Shown here piece after piece: positions 48,246 to 56,872 of a stretch of 64,000 bases of DNA (its first letter is position 1; each line of letters opens with the position of its first letter). Below the pieces are notes generated by a model. That model did not search any database. It was given only the letters and a program-made list of their open reading frames with translations, and was not told the DNA's origin. The DNA comes from Candidatus Magasanikiibacteriota bacterium (GTDB lineage: Bacteria > Patescibacteriota > Patescibacteriia > Magasanikbacterales > UBA922): NCBI GenBank assembly GCA_052033375.1, contig JBPOJQ010000014.1, forward strand, positions 342 to 64,341. The letters run 5' to 3'. Made by a program: the position numbers and the translations under genes.

Positions 48246-49433
48246 TTATTTCCTTCCTTTTCCAACTTCTTTTGCAATTTCTGCAAAACGCGCAAGTCTT
48301 GAAACTAAGAGTTCTGGATCCTCTGTTTGGGGAATATCTATTATGAGAGAAGCGTATTCGCTAAGCGCATTCTCTTTAGCTTTTGGAAATTGTTCGGCAA
48401 GTGGGCGCATCTGTTTGTGAATTGCCTCAAAACGCTCCAATTCTTCCAAAGATTCTTCAATCACTGTTTGAGGACCAACAATACGTTCAACTGAGGTTAA
48501 CTTTTTATCTCCTGTTTCTGACTTTCCGCCTTTTTTTAGATACTTATACTGCAGCTTTTTTGATATATACGCCCGCTGATCTGCTTCTTTATATTTTTTT
48601 TCAAACAAATCACCCGCATTCCCAGCTTTTAATTTTTCCTGTGCCTCTTCATGAGTAACAATAGCATACCCCACGCTCAATTCTTGTATTTCTGATTGGG
48701 TCTCGGGTATACCCGGACGCTGCGTAAGTCCTTGGGTTTCTGAAATAACACGCTTTACAACTAGCGAATCTGGTATTTGCTCAGGCATCACCATCATGAA
48801 GCCAAATTCATCCCCGCCAAGACGAGCAACCACATCTCCTGATTTACGAAGTGCTTGTTCTAAAGAATTAGCTACAGAAGTTTTCAATCCGGCACTAAAC
48901 GATTTGATTAGTTCGTCCCCAGCCTCATGCCCCAATGCATCATTTATTTTTTTTAAGCTATCTAAATCTACAAACACAAAGACAATCTTTTGTCCTGATT
49001 GTAGATCCTCCACCGCTTTGACAAAACGTTCCCCCAATTCCACTTTATTGCGCATTTCAGACCTTTTGATTTCATTGTAGACCCTCTCCCTAAACCTTCC
49101 TAACATTCCCGAGAGGAACGCTTTTTTTTCAGCTTCTTTTTCATCTTCGTCTTTTTCTTGTCGCTCAATATGCTCCCTACCTTCTTGCACATCTTTCTGA
49201 AACTTTGCTTCTATTTCCTCCACTTTTTCGGGTGGTAATCTGACTCCTTTTTCTGCAAATATTTCTTCTAATATTCCTTGGGTTGCTTCTCCGCTATCCA
49301 CCACTTCTGAGCGCACAAATTTGTCTGGTCTTATAAAAATTTTTGTATCCACTTGTTTTCTCTCTTGTGGTCTCCTCGGTTTTCTTTCTCCAGCATTTTC
49401 TGGAGGTTTTGGCCCCCCGTTTTCTCTTCCCAT
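48246..49433 (-). CDS. Soluble GGDEF (diguanylate cyclase) domain protein
   Basis: D.D.LK.IND.LGH.AGD, R.GGDEF, S.G, AD...Y..K. Confidence 0.85.
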   Translation of the reverse strand: MGRENGGPKPPENAGERKPRRPQERKQVDTKIFIRPDKFVRSEVVDSGEATQGILEEIFAEKGVRLPPEKVEEIEAKFQKDVQEGREHIERQEKDEDEKEAEKKAFLSGMLGRFRERVYNEIKRSEMRNKVELGERFVKAVEDLQSGQKIVFVFVDLDSLKKINDALGHEAGDELIKSFSAGLKTSVANSLEQALRKSGDVVARLGGDEFGFMMVMPEQIPDSLVVKRVISETQGLTQRPGIPETQSEIQELSVGYAIVTHEEAQEKLKAGNAGDLFEKKYKEADQRAYISKKLQYKYLKKGGKSETGDKKLTSVERIVGPQTVIEESLEELERFEAIHKQMRPLAEQFPKAKENALSEYASLIIDIPQTEDPELLVSRLARFAEIAKEVGKGRK

Positions 49434-49488
49434 ATAGTATAAATTAAAAACTCTACACCATTTCTAGTGCAGAGTTAGTATATTTGCT

Positions 49489-49758
49489 TTAAGCTTTCTT
49501 TACAAGTTTCGCAGCTTTTGTAGACATACGTGAGAGATATCGTGATGCAGTGTTCTGCTTCAATACCCCTTTCTTCACCGCCTTGTCTAATTTCTTCTGA
49601 GCAATCTTGATTTTTTCTACTACATCTTTTTCACCTTTTTCTACTGCGGTTCGGGCCTTTTTGAGAGCCTCTTTATATGCGCGTTTGAATACCAGGTTTT
49701 CAGCTTCGCGTCTTTTTGATTGGCGAAGAGCTTTCTTCGCATTTCTTAAAATTGGCAT
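49489..49758 (-). CDS. rpsT: 30S ribosomal protein S20
   Basis: MP....AKK..RQ, LDKA.KKG....N.ASR. Confidence 0.93.
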   Translation of the reverse strand: MPILRNAKKALRQSKRREAENLVFKRAYKEALKKARTAVEKGEKDVVEKIKIAQKKLDKAVKKGVLKQNTASRYLSRMSTKAAKLVKKA

Positions 49759-49768
49759 AGTTTCAATT

Positions 49769-49846
49769 AACAATTAGCAATAAACAACTAACAAAATCTG
49801 GGACATCGAGCATGTATTGTTAATTGCTCGTTGTTAGTCGTTCGTT
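49769..49846. repeat. Inverted 7-mer tandem repeat hairpin upstream of rpsT
   Basis: AACAATT-AGCAATA-AACAACT-AACAA vs reverse complement AACGACT-AACAACG-AGCAATT-AACAA. Confidence 0.65.
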
Positions 49847-49885
49847 AAAATGTGTGAGAGTAGGGAGAGTATAGCTAAGTGTAGC

Positions 49886-50983
49886 CTAATTGTCAAGCTG
49901 TGGCTTATCTAGGAGATCAGGTACGATTACCTTCTCACTTGCCCCGGTGATTCTGACCACATCTTTATCAATTTTACCCAGTTCCTTATACGCAGTGTTG
50001 AAATGATTGACCGTGGTCGACATACTCAATCCGAGCTTTTTCATATATTCATCATATGCATTAAGGTGTTTTCCTAGCATCTCTACATTTTTCCGAATCA
50101 TCTTAGCACCTTCTTCAATCTTCAAAGCTCGGAGACCGAAGAGTACGGTCTGGAGATAGGCTGAGAACGTTGTTGGTGAGACTATTACCACTTTCTTTTC
50201 ATTGAATGCATAATCAATCAGATTTCTGGTATTTACTTTTACAGCCCCCACTTCATTCACCAGGAGATCATAATAGATTGCTTCAGATGGAATATACATG
50301 AATGCAAATTCCAGCGTTCCCTCATCTGGCTTAATATATTTTGCTGTTTCATCAATTCGTTTTTTCAAATCATTTTTAAATTCTTTCTCAAGTTGCTCTC
50401 TGTTTGGACCCTCTGATTCATGAATCAATCGTTCGTAATTATCCAGAGAAAATTTAGAATCAACAGGAATTATTCCTTCTTTGGTAAATATCGCAACATC
50501 AACAATATCTCCATTATTAAAATGGTACTGGGTTTTAAAATCATTGGGTGATAAAATATTTTCAAGCAATAATTGAAGTCCCACTTCACCCAAATTCCCT
50601 CTCTGTTTCTGATGCTTCAACACTTTTTCAAGATTACTCAACTGTTCTGAAAAGCCAATTACTTGCTGATTGGTCTTATCTAGACTGGTTAATTTTTCGG
50701 TAATATCAGTAATGATTTTTGAACTCTGTGCAAATTGTGTTTGGAGTGTGTGGTGTAAATTCTGTTGACCATCTCCTACGATTTTATATGTTTCTGAAAT
50801 TTTACTATCCATTGTTTTTTGCATATCCTGCAACTGTTGTTGCAACATAAGAAACACTCCTTTGTCTTCATCAGGATTTTTCTTCTCCGCCTTACTTAAT
50901 TTTTTATACATTAATATAATCACCGCAAGCATCCCGAACAACAGTACGACAAATATTCCTAATAACACATTATTCATATACAA
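49886..50983 (-). CDS. rmuC: DNA recombination protein RmuC
   Basis: N-terminal TM, RG..GE..L..LLE, PVDSKF, KYI.P..GT..FA.M.IP.E, SP.T. Confidence 0.9.
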   Translation of the reverse strand: MYMNNVLLGIFVVLLFGMLAVIILMYKKLSKAEKKNPDEDKGVFLMLQQQLQDMQKTMDSKISETYKIVGDGQQNLHHTLQTQFAQSSKIITDITEKLTSLDKTNQQVIGFSEQLSNLEKVLKHQKQRGNLGEVGLQLLLENILSPNDFKTQYHFNNGDIVDVAIFTKEGIIPVDSKFSLDNYERLIHESEGPNREQLEKEFKNDLKKRIDETAKYIKPDEGTLEFAFMYIPSEAIYYDLLVNEVGAVKVNTRNLIDYAFNEKKVVIVSPTTFSAYLQTVLFGLRALKIEEGAKMIRKNVEMLGKHLNAYDEYMKKLGLSMSTTVNHFNTAYKELGKIDKDVVRITGASEKVIVPDLLDKPQLDN

Positions 50984-51103
50984 CTAATTAGTATTTTCAT
51001 CATCCGGAGGATTCTTTTTTCCAACTTTACCAAAGAAAAATACAATGAGTGCGGCTCCTGCAGCACCAACGATAAGAATAAGAATTGATAAAAATCCATC
51101 CAT
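50984..51103 (-). CDS. Putative 39-aa single-pass membrane peptide
   Basis: MDGFLSILILIVGAAGAALIVFFFGKVGKKNPPDDENTN; abuts rmuC start. Confidence 0.55.
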   Translation of the reverse strand: MDGFLSILILIVGAAGAALIVFFFGKVGKKNPPDDENTN

Positions 51104-51154
51104 AGTATTATCCATAATAACACAAACTTTTCTCTCTGTCATTCCCATACATAC

Positions 51155-51179
51155 GTCATTCCCGCGAAAGTGGGAATCT
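51155..51179. repeat. GTCATTCCCGCGAAAG(C/T)GGGAATC palindrome (dRS3/RPE-like)
   Basis: ATTCCC-N8-GGGAAT core; partial copy GTCATTCCC at 51138-51146. Confidence 0.6.
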
Positions 51180-51321
51180 TTTAGTCAAAGGACTGTAAAA
51201 CAAAAAGACACCACGATTGTGATGTACTTTTGGTTTGGGCGGAGCTCTTTGGCAGAACTCCGCAGTTTGTATGGGCTTTACTTCCGTGCCATTGGAAGGA
51301 GTGCGAGATGCGCCCAGATGT

Positions 51322-51807
51322 TCACCCCCAGAATCCGAGTCGCTGCCACCAGTGCGGCGGGTATTGTTTTTGAGGAATGTACACTCCCTCATGATCCAGG
51401 AATTTCCCCACCTGCGGTGGCGGACAGCCTAGTTCAAGACTATTGATCATGAAGATGAAGTTGCACACCCCTTTTCCGAGATAGGTCGAGAATGCGATCA
51501 CCCCTCCTCGACTCTTCAGGTACCCGAACTGATCGATTCCATGAAATCCGAACGGTAGCTCGAGTCTGAAGGTCAATAGTACTGAGAAATCCTTTCCTGA
51601 AGCATTTCTTAGTACAACGGTATGCATTCCCGGTTTCATGTTGACTCCTGCTGAACCGGGATAGTTCCACACCAGTCGTTGGTGGTCAGGACAGGTATCA
51701 ACAAACCCCTTCATGAACCCGAACTTCTTCACCATCTCCTTGCCAAGGAAGATAGCGGTAGCGAGGAAGATCAGAGCAAAGATCCATCCGATCATGATTT
51801 TCTCCAT
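51322..51807 (-). CDS. Orphan protein with N-terminal TM anchor
   Basis: Perfect TTGACA-17-TATAAT promoter (51859-51831), AAGGA SD, structured 3' UTR. Confidence 0.7.
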   Translation of the reverse strand: MEKIMIGWIFALIFLATAIFLGKEMVKKFGFMKGFVDTCPDHQRLVWNYPGSAGVNMKPGMHTVVLRNASGKDFSVLLTFRLELPFGFHGIDQFGYLKSRGGVIAFSTYLGKGVCNFIFMINSLELGCPPPQVGKFLDHEGVYIPQKQYPPHWWQRLGFWG

Positions 51808-51897
51808 GTCCTTGGTTGTAAGGACAAAAAATTATATTACAAAACACCTCCTTTGTCAAGGTTATTTGACACATATTTACCAAGCTCTAAAACTATC

Positions 51898-51970
51898 TTG
51901 TAAATTTATATTTACTAATATATACTATATATATGCTTAATTATTATCTATTGTAAATTTATATTTACAA
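51898..51970. promoter_or_regulatory. Two copies of a near-palindromic operator TTGTAAATTTATATTTAC(AA)
   Basis: 18-bp exact direct repeat at 51898 and 51951, just before the TrmB-family gene. Confidence 0.6.
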
Positions 51971-51972
51971 TT

Positions 51973-52716
51973 ATGCAGATTGAAGAGCTGGTAAAAATTG
52001 GATTGGCAGAAACTGAAGCAAAGACATATCTTGCTCTTCTTGAACTTGGATCAGGAACTGTGACATCAATCACCCACCGAGCTGGTATTACCCGCACCCT
52101 TGGCTACCACTCACTTGATCGATTAGTAGAGTTAGATTTGATTGAACAAAAAAAGAATTCACAGCCCGCAGAGTTCCACGTGAAACATCCACGAAAATTA
52201 ATTGAGTATGCGGAACGACAAAAAAACTTGTGGAACAATCGTATAAATGACGCGGAAATTCTCTTGCCAAAACTTGAGTCGTCATATACAATGCTCGGGC
52301 ACCCATTTCTTTCACATCGTGTAGGAAAAGAAGCGGTATTGGATTTGTATAGAACACTGTATACAAATAAAACTGCATTTATCTCTCTTCTCAATCCTAC
52401 CATTCTCGACCGTGAAACTCTTATAGACTTTTTCCAAGCTAAATCTCAGTCTGATAGCTCCTCACACATTTGTTGTATATTTGATACTCCGAAAAATAGA
52501 CTTATTCTCGAGGATCTTCCCAGGACACCTGTCATTACATGGATTTCTTCCTCGAAAGTACACGCAGATGTATACAAAGCGATTGAAATTATCATCTCCG
52601 AAGATACTGTACATACTATCAGCAGTAAGGATGGTGAATTGTGTATCGATAGTATTACTCACCAAGCAACCACAGGCTTAATGTACACACTATTGTATAC
52701 ATTAATAGAAAAATAG
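51973..52716 (+). CDS. TrmB-family transcriptional regulator
   Basis: L..IGL...EAK.YLALLE.G......I....GI.R...Y..L..L HTH. Confidence 0.85.
   Translation: MQIEELVKIGLAETEAKTYLALLELGSGTVTSITHRAGITRTLGYHSLDRLVELDLIEQKKNSQPAEFHVKHPRKLIEYAERQKNLWNNRINDAEILLPKLESSYTMLGHPFLSHRVGKEAVLDLYRTLYTNKTAFISLLNPTILDRETLIDFFQAKSQSDSSSHICCIFDTPKNRLILEDLPRTPVITWISSSKVHADVYKAIEIIISEDTVHTISSKDGELCIDSITHQATTGLMYTLLYTLIEK
52172..52187. other. parS centromere-like site (intragenic)
   Basis: AGTTCCACGTGAAACA vs consensus TGTTTCACGTGAAACA. Confidence 0.6.
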
Positions 52717-52731
52717 CTTCGTTACCCACTC

Positions 52732-52747
52732 TGTTTCATGTGAAACA
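52732..52747. other. parS centromere-like site
   Basis: TGTTTCATGTGAAACA, one mismatch to consensus, about 5-6 kb from oriC. Confidence 0.75.
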
Positions 52748-52792
52748 AACAGCGGGATACAATCCAATTGCCGACCTCCCGCCATGGCCCAT

Positions 52793-52864
52793 GCTCTCGT
52801 AGTTCAATGGATAGAACAAGACACTCCTAACGTCTAGATACAGGTTCGATTCCTGTCGAGGGCA
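52793..52864 (+). tRNA. tRNA-Arg (CCT)
   Basis: GCTCTCG...CGAGGGC acceptor, loop CTCCTAA, GGTTCGATTCC. Confidence 0.92.
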
Positions 52865-53320
52865 CAGGCGATGGCAGGCTGAGAACAATAACCACAACTA
52901 CACGTAGACGCAGATCTATCTCACGATAGAAGTACTAACGTATCAAATTTACGTGATAGGGAGCACAGGCATAGTGTACAACTACACAGGTGATTTGCGT
53001 CTACACATCAAAATACTATCTCAAGATGGTGTTTTTATTTATACCTATCATACTCTAGTAGGGGGGAGTGGCACGCAGCTCATTATACGCAATCATGATC
53101 TACAAGGCTCATGTACAGGGCGTATGTACAAAAATTTTACTTATTTTTGCTTATTTAATAATATATAGTATGTCGTACAATATTATTATAGGTATATTTT
53201 ATAATTGGTCCTGCCAAAAAAAAATCTTTTTTTAGGTCATTCACACCTTGCTTTTGTTTGTAACATGTGATATAATCTTTTCAGTTTCTTTTCTACACAC
53301 ACCCCTTCAAGGTGGGAAGA

Positions 53321-53605
53321 ATGTACGAATTTCTTGTTTCGGCAGTCCTTATCGCTATCGCCGTCGATGTAGCTCGATACATCATCGAGCGCGTCGATGC
53401 AGATCGAACTCTCAAGAGCGTCGAAGACGCCGTCTCCCCTCCGCCGAAAGATAAAGTCGACGATATGGTGAGCTGGTTCTTCGCCCAAGAAGATCCCGTC
53501 AAAGACGTTCATCGTCCACACATGCGTTCTCCTCGGAGAAGAAGGTGTGACCGATACCAACGTCGCAGACCCCACGTGCCGTCCACGTCATGGAGGTGGC
53601 ACTAG
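53321..53605 (+). CDS. Orphan small protein, N-terminal TM and Arg-rich tail
   Basis: TTGCTT-17-TATAAT promoter, GGTGGGA SD-like site, 3' hairpin GTGTCCCAGG/CCTGGGACAC. Confidence 0.55.
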   Translation: MYEFLVSAVLIAIAVDVARYIIERVDADRTLKSVEDAVSPPPKDKVDDMVSWFFAQEDPVKDVHRPHMRSPRRRRCDRYQRRRPHVPSTSWRWH

Positions 53606-53766
53606 TGCCACCTATCGACTCCTCCCCGTGTCCCAGGTTCGTTCGCACACCGAATGAGCCTGGGACACCTACTTCAAAGATTTCAATAATCTTTTTTTTA
53701 TTATATAAGGTTTGATTTTTTCTATCTCTTCTGTTACACTCCGCAATACAAAACTAACTTGTTATT

Positions 53767-54840
53767 ATGCTATCGATTGGAATTGTCGGACTCCCCAATG
53801 TAGGAAAATCAACACTCTTCAATGCGCTTACCAAAAGTAAGCTTGCTGAAGCTGCAAACTATCCTTTTTGCACGATTGAGCCGAATGTGGGAGTCGTTGA
53901 AGTTCCTGATGCACGCCTTGCCCCTCTTGCTACCACTTCAAAATCTGGAAAAATCATCCCAACCGCGATTCAATTCGTTGATATTGCTGGAATTGTAAAA
54001 GGTGCATCAGAAGGAGAAGGGTTGGGAAATAAATTTCTTACCCATATTCGCGAGGCTGACGCAATCGTGCAAGTGGTCCGTGCATTTGAAGATGGAAATA
54101 TTATACACGTCGCAGGAAAAGTGGATCCCAAAGATGATAGCGATGTCATCAATCTCGAACTTGCTCTTGCTGATCTCGCGACTGTGTCAAAACGATTGGA
54201 TAAAACAAAACGTGATGCAAAAGGCGCAGCCGCAAAAGGAAAAGAAGTGGAAATTGCAGTGCTCGAAAAACTAAATGCACAACTCGAAGGAGGAAAGGCG
54301 ACTCGTGAACTAGAATTTAACGATGAAGAAAAAATAATCGTCCGTGATTTACATTTACTTACCATGAAACCAATGATGTATGTGGTAAATGTGAAAGAAG
54401 ATATGATTGGAAAGGCTGATTTCTCCCCAATTTTCGGCACAACCCCGTATATCGAAATTAGCGCAAAAATCGAAGCAGAAATTGCAGAACTTTCTTCTGA
54501 TGATGCAAAAATGTTTATGGAAGATTTGGGAATGAAAGAGACCGGGCTTGATCGATTGATTGTTGCTGGATACAAACTACTTAATCTCATCACCTATTTT
54601 ACTTCCGGAGAACAGGAAACTCGAGCATGGACGGTGACGCGTGGGACACTGGGGCCTGACGCCGCAGGAGTCATCCATACCGATTTTATCAAAGGATATA
54701 TCAAAGCTGATGTCGCGAGTGTTGCTGACTTTGTAGAACTTGGTGGCTGGCCAGGAGTGAAGGAAAAAGGCAAGATGCAGCTCGTCGGAAAAGATTATGA
54801 AGTGAAAGATGGTGATGTATGTTATTTTCATATTGCATAG
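53767..54840 (+). CDS. ychF: Redox-regulated ATPase YchF
   Basis: GIVGLPNVGKSTLFNAL, ANYPFCTIEPN, DIAG, GEGLGNKFL, TGS domain. Confidence 0.97.
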   Translation: MLSIGIVGLPNVGKSTLFNALTKSKLAEAANYPFCTIEPNVGVVEVPDARLAPLATTSKSGKIIPTAIQFVDIAGIVKGASEGEGLGNKFLTHIREADAIVQVVRAFEDGNIIHVAGKVDPKDDSDVINLELALADLATVSKRLDKTKRDAKGAAAKGKEVEIAVLEKLNAQLEGGKATRELEFNDEEKIIVRDLHLLTMKPMMYVVNVKEDMIGKADFSPIFGTTPYIEISAKIEAEIAELSSDDAKMFMEDLGMKETGLDRLIVAGYKLLNLITYFTSGEQETRAWTVTRGTLGPDAAGVIHTDFIKGYIKADVASVADFVELGGWPGVKEKGKMQLVGKDYEVKDGDVCYFHIA

Positions 54841-54896
54841 GAAAGTCAAAGTTTAAAACACACACGTAAAGAGATAATATACATACACTGTGAAAT

Positions 54897-54931
54897 TAAA
54901 AAACCGCCCTCCCATTCGAGGTGCGGTTTTA
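54897..54931. terminator. Bidirectional terminator between ychF and the orphan gene
   Basis: AAAACCGC...GCGGTTTT hairpin with A/T tracts on both sides. Confidence 0.7.
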
Positions 54932-54935
54932 TTTT

Positions 54936-54990
54936 AGGATTTCGTTCTAATTTTCAGAACTCATCAGTTCACGTTTCACATGAAGATCCT
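54936..54990 (-). ncRNA. Type III hammerhead ribozyme
   Basis: 5'-AGGAU-C^-UUCAUG(UGAAA)CGUGAA-CUGAUGA-GUUCUG(AAAAU)UAGAAC-GAA-AUCCU-3': intact core, three stems, AUC cleavage triplet. Confidence 0.88.
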
Positions 54991-55037
54991 TTGGAGCCAG
55001 CTCGACCTAGTGTCGAGTCTGACTCCGCGTAACATTG

Positions 55038-55751
55038 TCACGGCGCTCGGGTGAGTACCACACGCACTGGCTTGGTGAGGTACACCCCTTTTGGATTGCC
55101 CCCTCCATCAGGCCAATATTCGACGATCACCCCACCTGCGTGGCCATCGAGAAGCACTCCTCCACCGAATGATTCGACCAAACTCACCTCGAAGCTCTGT
55201 TCGACGACATCTTTCTCAAAGGGAAAGTCCCGCCACCAGATGTTGAGGAAGAATTCGAGTGAATCTCCCTCCGCAAGACCGTCGGTATCCCCGTCGATCA
55301 TGCCGTAGGCGTGGTCGACCTGAACACCTGCGCTGTACCACCAGCCACGGTACCTGTTCTCCTCACCCTCAGGGAGATGACTCAGGTGCATATCCGGCAG
55401 TCCGAAGATTGAGTACTCACCTTCTTCCTCCCATTGGACCTTGAAGCCCACGCCGTGGAAGTTCAGGTTCGTACACCCACGGATCTCGACCTTCATGACC
55501 ACAGTGTCCATGGCCATGTCTGGATCGTCTGGGATCTCGACCCTGACTTCGTCCTCCGCGATCGTGCGGACGATGTAGTCGATACCCTCCGGGCACCCAG
55601 AGGTGATCTCTTCCGAGGAGTCGGAAGGTAGCACCGTTTCTACTGCGTCCAGATGTGCATCCTCACGCTTGACGCCACCCTCCCGAGCTTCGAGACAGGC
55701 GACGTTCATGATGGCAACGGCGGCGAAGACGATGGTAACGATAGAATTCAT
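55038..55751 (-). CDS. Orphan acidic secreted/lipoprotein-like protein
   Basis: Signal peptide ending NVAC, AAGGAG SD, GC-rich codons. Confidence 0.7.
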   Translation of the reverse strand: MNSIVTIVFAAVAIMNVACLEAREGGVKREDAHLDAVETVLPSDSSEEITSGCPEGIDYIVRTIAEDEVRVEIPDDPDMAMDTVVMKVEIRGCTNLNFHGVGFKVQWEEEGEYSIFGLPDMHLSHLPEGEENRYRGWWYSAGVQVDHAYGMIDGDTDGLAEGDSLEFFLNIWWRDFPFEKDVVEQSFEVSLVESFGGGVLLDGHAGGVIVEYWPDGGGNPKGVYLTKPVRVVLTRAP

Positions 55752-55854
55752 GAGAACACTCCTTGGGCCATGAGGCCTCGTTTGGTTGACACGGAATAAT
55801 ATACATCATAAAAAGAGCATTTTGTCAATGCTCCACGACCTCTGTTGTATACTT

Positions 55855-56115
55855 TTATGGTATGTCTTCACCGCCCTTTGACCATGGATTACACCGGATA
55901 ATGCGCCAGATGGTCAATGGAACTCCTCGAATTACTCCATATTTTTTGATTGCCTGATATCCATATTCACTACAGGTGGGATGAAATTTGCAGTATCCAT
56001 ACGGAAATTTTGCTTTTAAAGGTCCATGATCGGGCGAAAGTGTTCGTTGGTAGACGCGGATTAAAAACAGAAGAATATATTTTGGAATAGAAACAATAAA
56101 TCTCAATAAACGCAT
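55855..56115 (-). CDS. yidD: Membrane protein insertion efficiency factor
   Basis: YQ..LSP, CKF.PTCS.Y, RI.RCNPW..GG.D. Confidence 0.93.
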   Translation of the reverse strand: MRLLRFIVSIPKYILLFLIRVYQRTLSPDHGPLKAKFPYGYCKFHPTCSEYGYQAIKKYGVIRGVPLTIWRIIRCNPWSKGGEDIP

Positions 56116-56150
56116 ATTTTATTATATTTGAGCGAAAAATCCGTATTATA

Positions 56151-56528
56151 TTACACAAGAAGTCGTCCTTTTTTGAGAATTGACTCAATATCTGTCTTTA
56201 TCTGAATATAATCTGCGTCAAAAAGCTTAGGCGTTGAGAGAAATGCAATAAAATATCCTGACCTAATTTGTCCCTCTTTTACCAAAAGACGTACTACTTC
56301 ACGCATCTGTCGCTTTACGCGATTACGCCCTACCGCTTTCTTTTCATGTTTTACACTCGCAACAAACCCAATTTTTAAATCATTCTCTTTATATCCTCGT
56401 TTTGGAAATTTACTAGGGTCTATTTTCCATATTTTTGCATTCATGAGTGATCCTACGACAAATCTGCCTTCAGCAAACAGGATTTCAAAATCTTTCATTT
56501 TTTTGAGACGGTGCTCCTGAGGAAGCAT
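56151..56528 (-). CDS. rnpA: Ribonuclease P protein component
   Basis: ML....RL....DF, K.AV.RNRVKR..RE. Confidence 0.92.
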   Translation of the reverse strand: MLPQEHRLKKMKDFEILFAEGRFVVGSLMNAKIWKIDPSKFPKRGYKENDLKIGFVASVKHEKKAVGRNRVKRQMREVVRLLVKEGQIRSGYFIAFLSTPKLFDADYIQIKTDIESILKKGRLLV

Positions 56529-56650
56529 ATATTATTTATTCCCTTACCCAAAAGACTGGGTTATGGCTGTTGGGGGTTGATCCTAATAAAAGGACCAACC
56601 CCCGTGATGATGCTGCCTGATTAGAGGCGTACACCTAACATAGTATAAAC

Positions 56651-56684
56651 AACAACCCCGCTCATGACAAAGGGCGGGGTTGTT
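56651..56684 (-). terminator. Hairpin after rpmH
   Basis: AACAACCCCGC/GCGGGGTTGTT. Confidence 0.6.
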
Positions 56685-56695
56685 AATTTCTTTTT

Positions 56696-56872
56696 TTATC
56701 TGGTTTTTTTAGTTCGCTTTCCTTTTCGTTCACTGCTTACAGTAAGCTTTTTTCGTCCTTTAGCTCGACGACGTTTCAACACATCGCGACCATTTTTGGT
56801 TGTCATTTTTTTCAAAAACCCATGAGTCTTTGCTCGTTTACGTTTTTTTGGCTGATATTTTCGTTTTGGCAT
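56696..56872 (-). CDS. rpmH: 50S ribosomal protein L34 (absent from ORF track)
   Basis: Manual translation [58 protein letters not shown]. Confidence 0.93.
   Translation of the reverse strand: MPKRKYQPKKRKRAKTHGFLKKMTTKNGRDVLKRRRAKGRKKLTVSSERKGKRTKKTR

Noticed and set aside
53150-53180. dif-like site (ATAA-TATATA-GTATGT)
   Set aside because: Weak match in AT-rich DNA and located near the origin, not the terminus
53970-54593. Long antisense ORFs (for example opposite ychF, pilins, PBP)
   Set aside because: Shadow frames of well-supported genes on the other strand
54972-54987. Third parS-like sequence
   Set aside because: Only one arm matches, and the bases form stem I of the hammerhead
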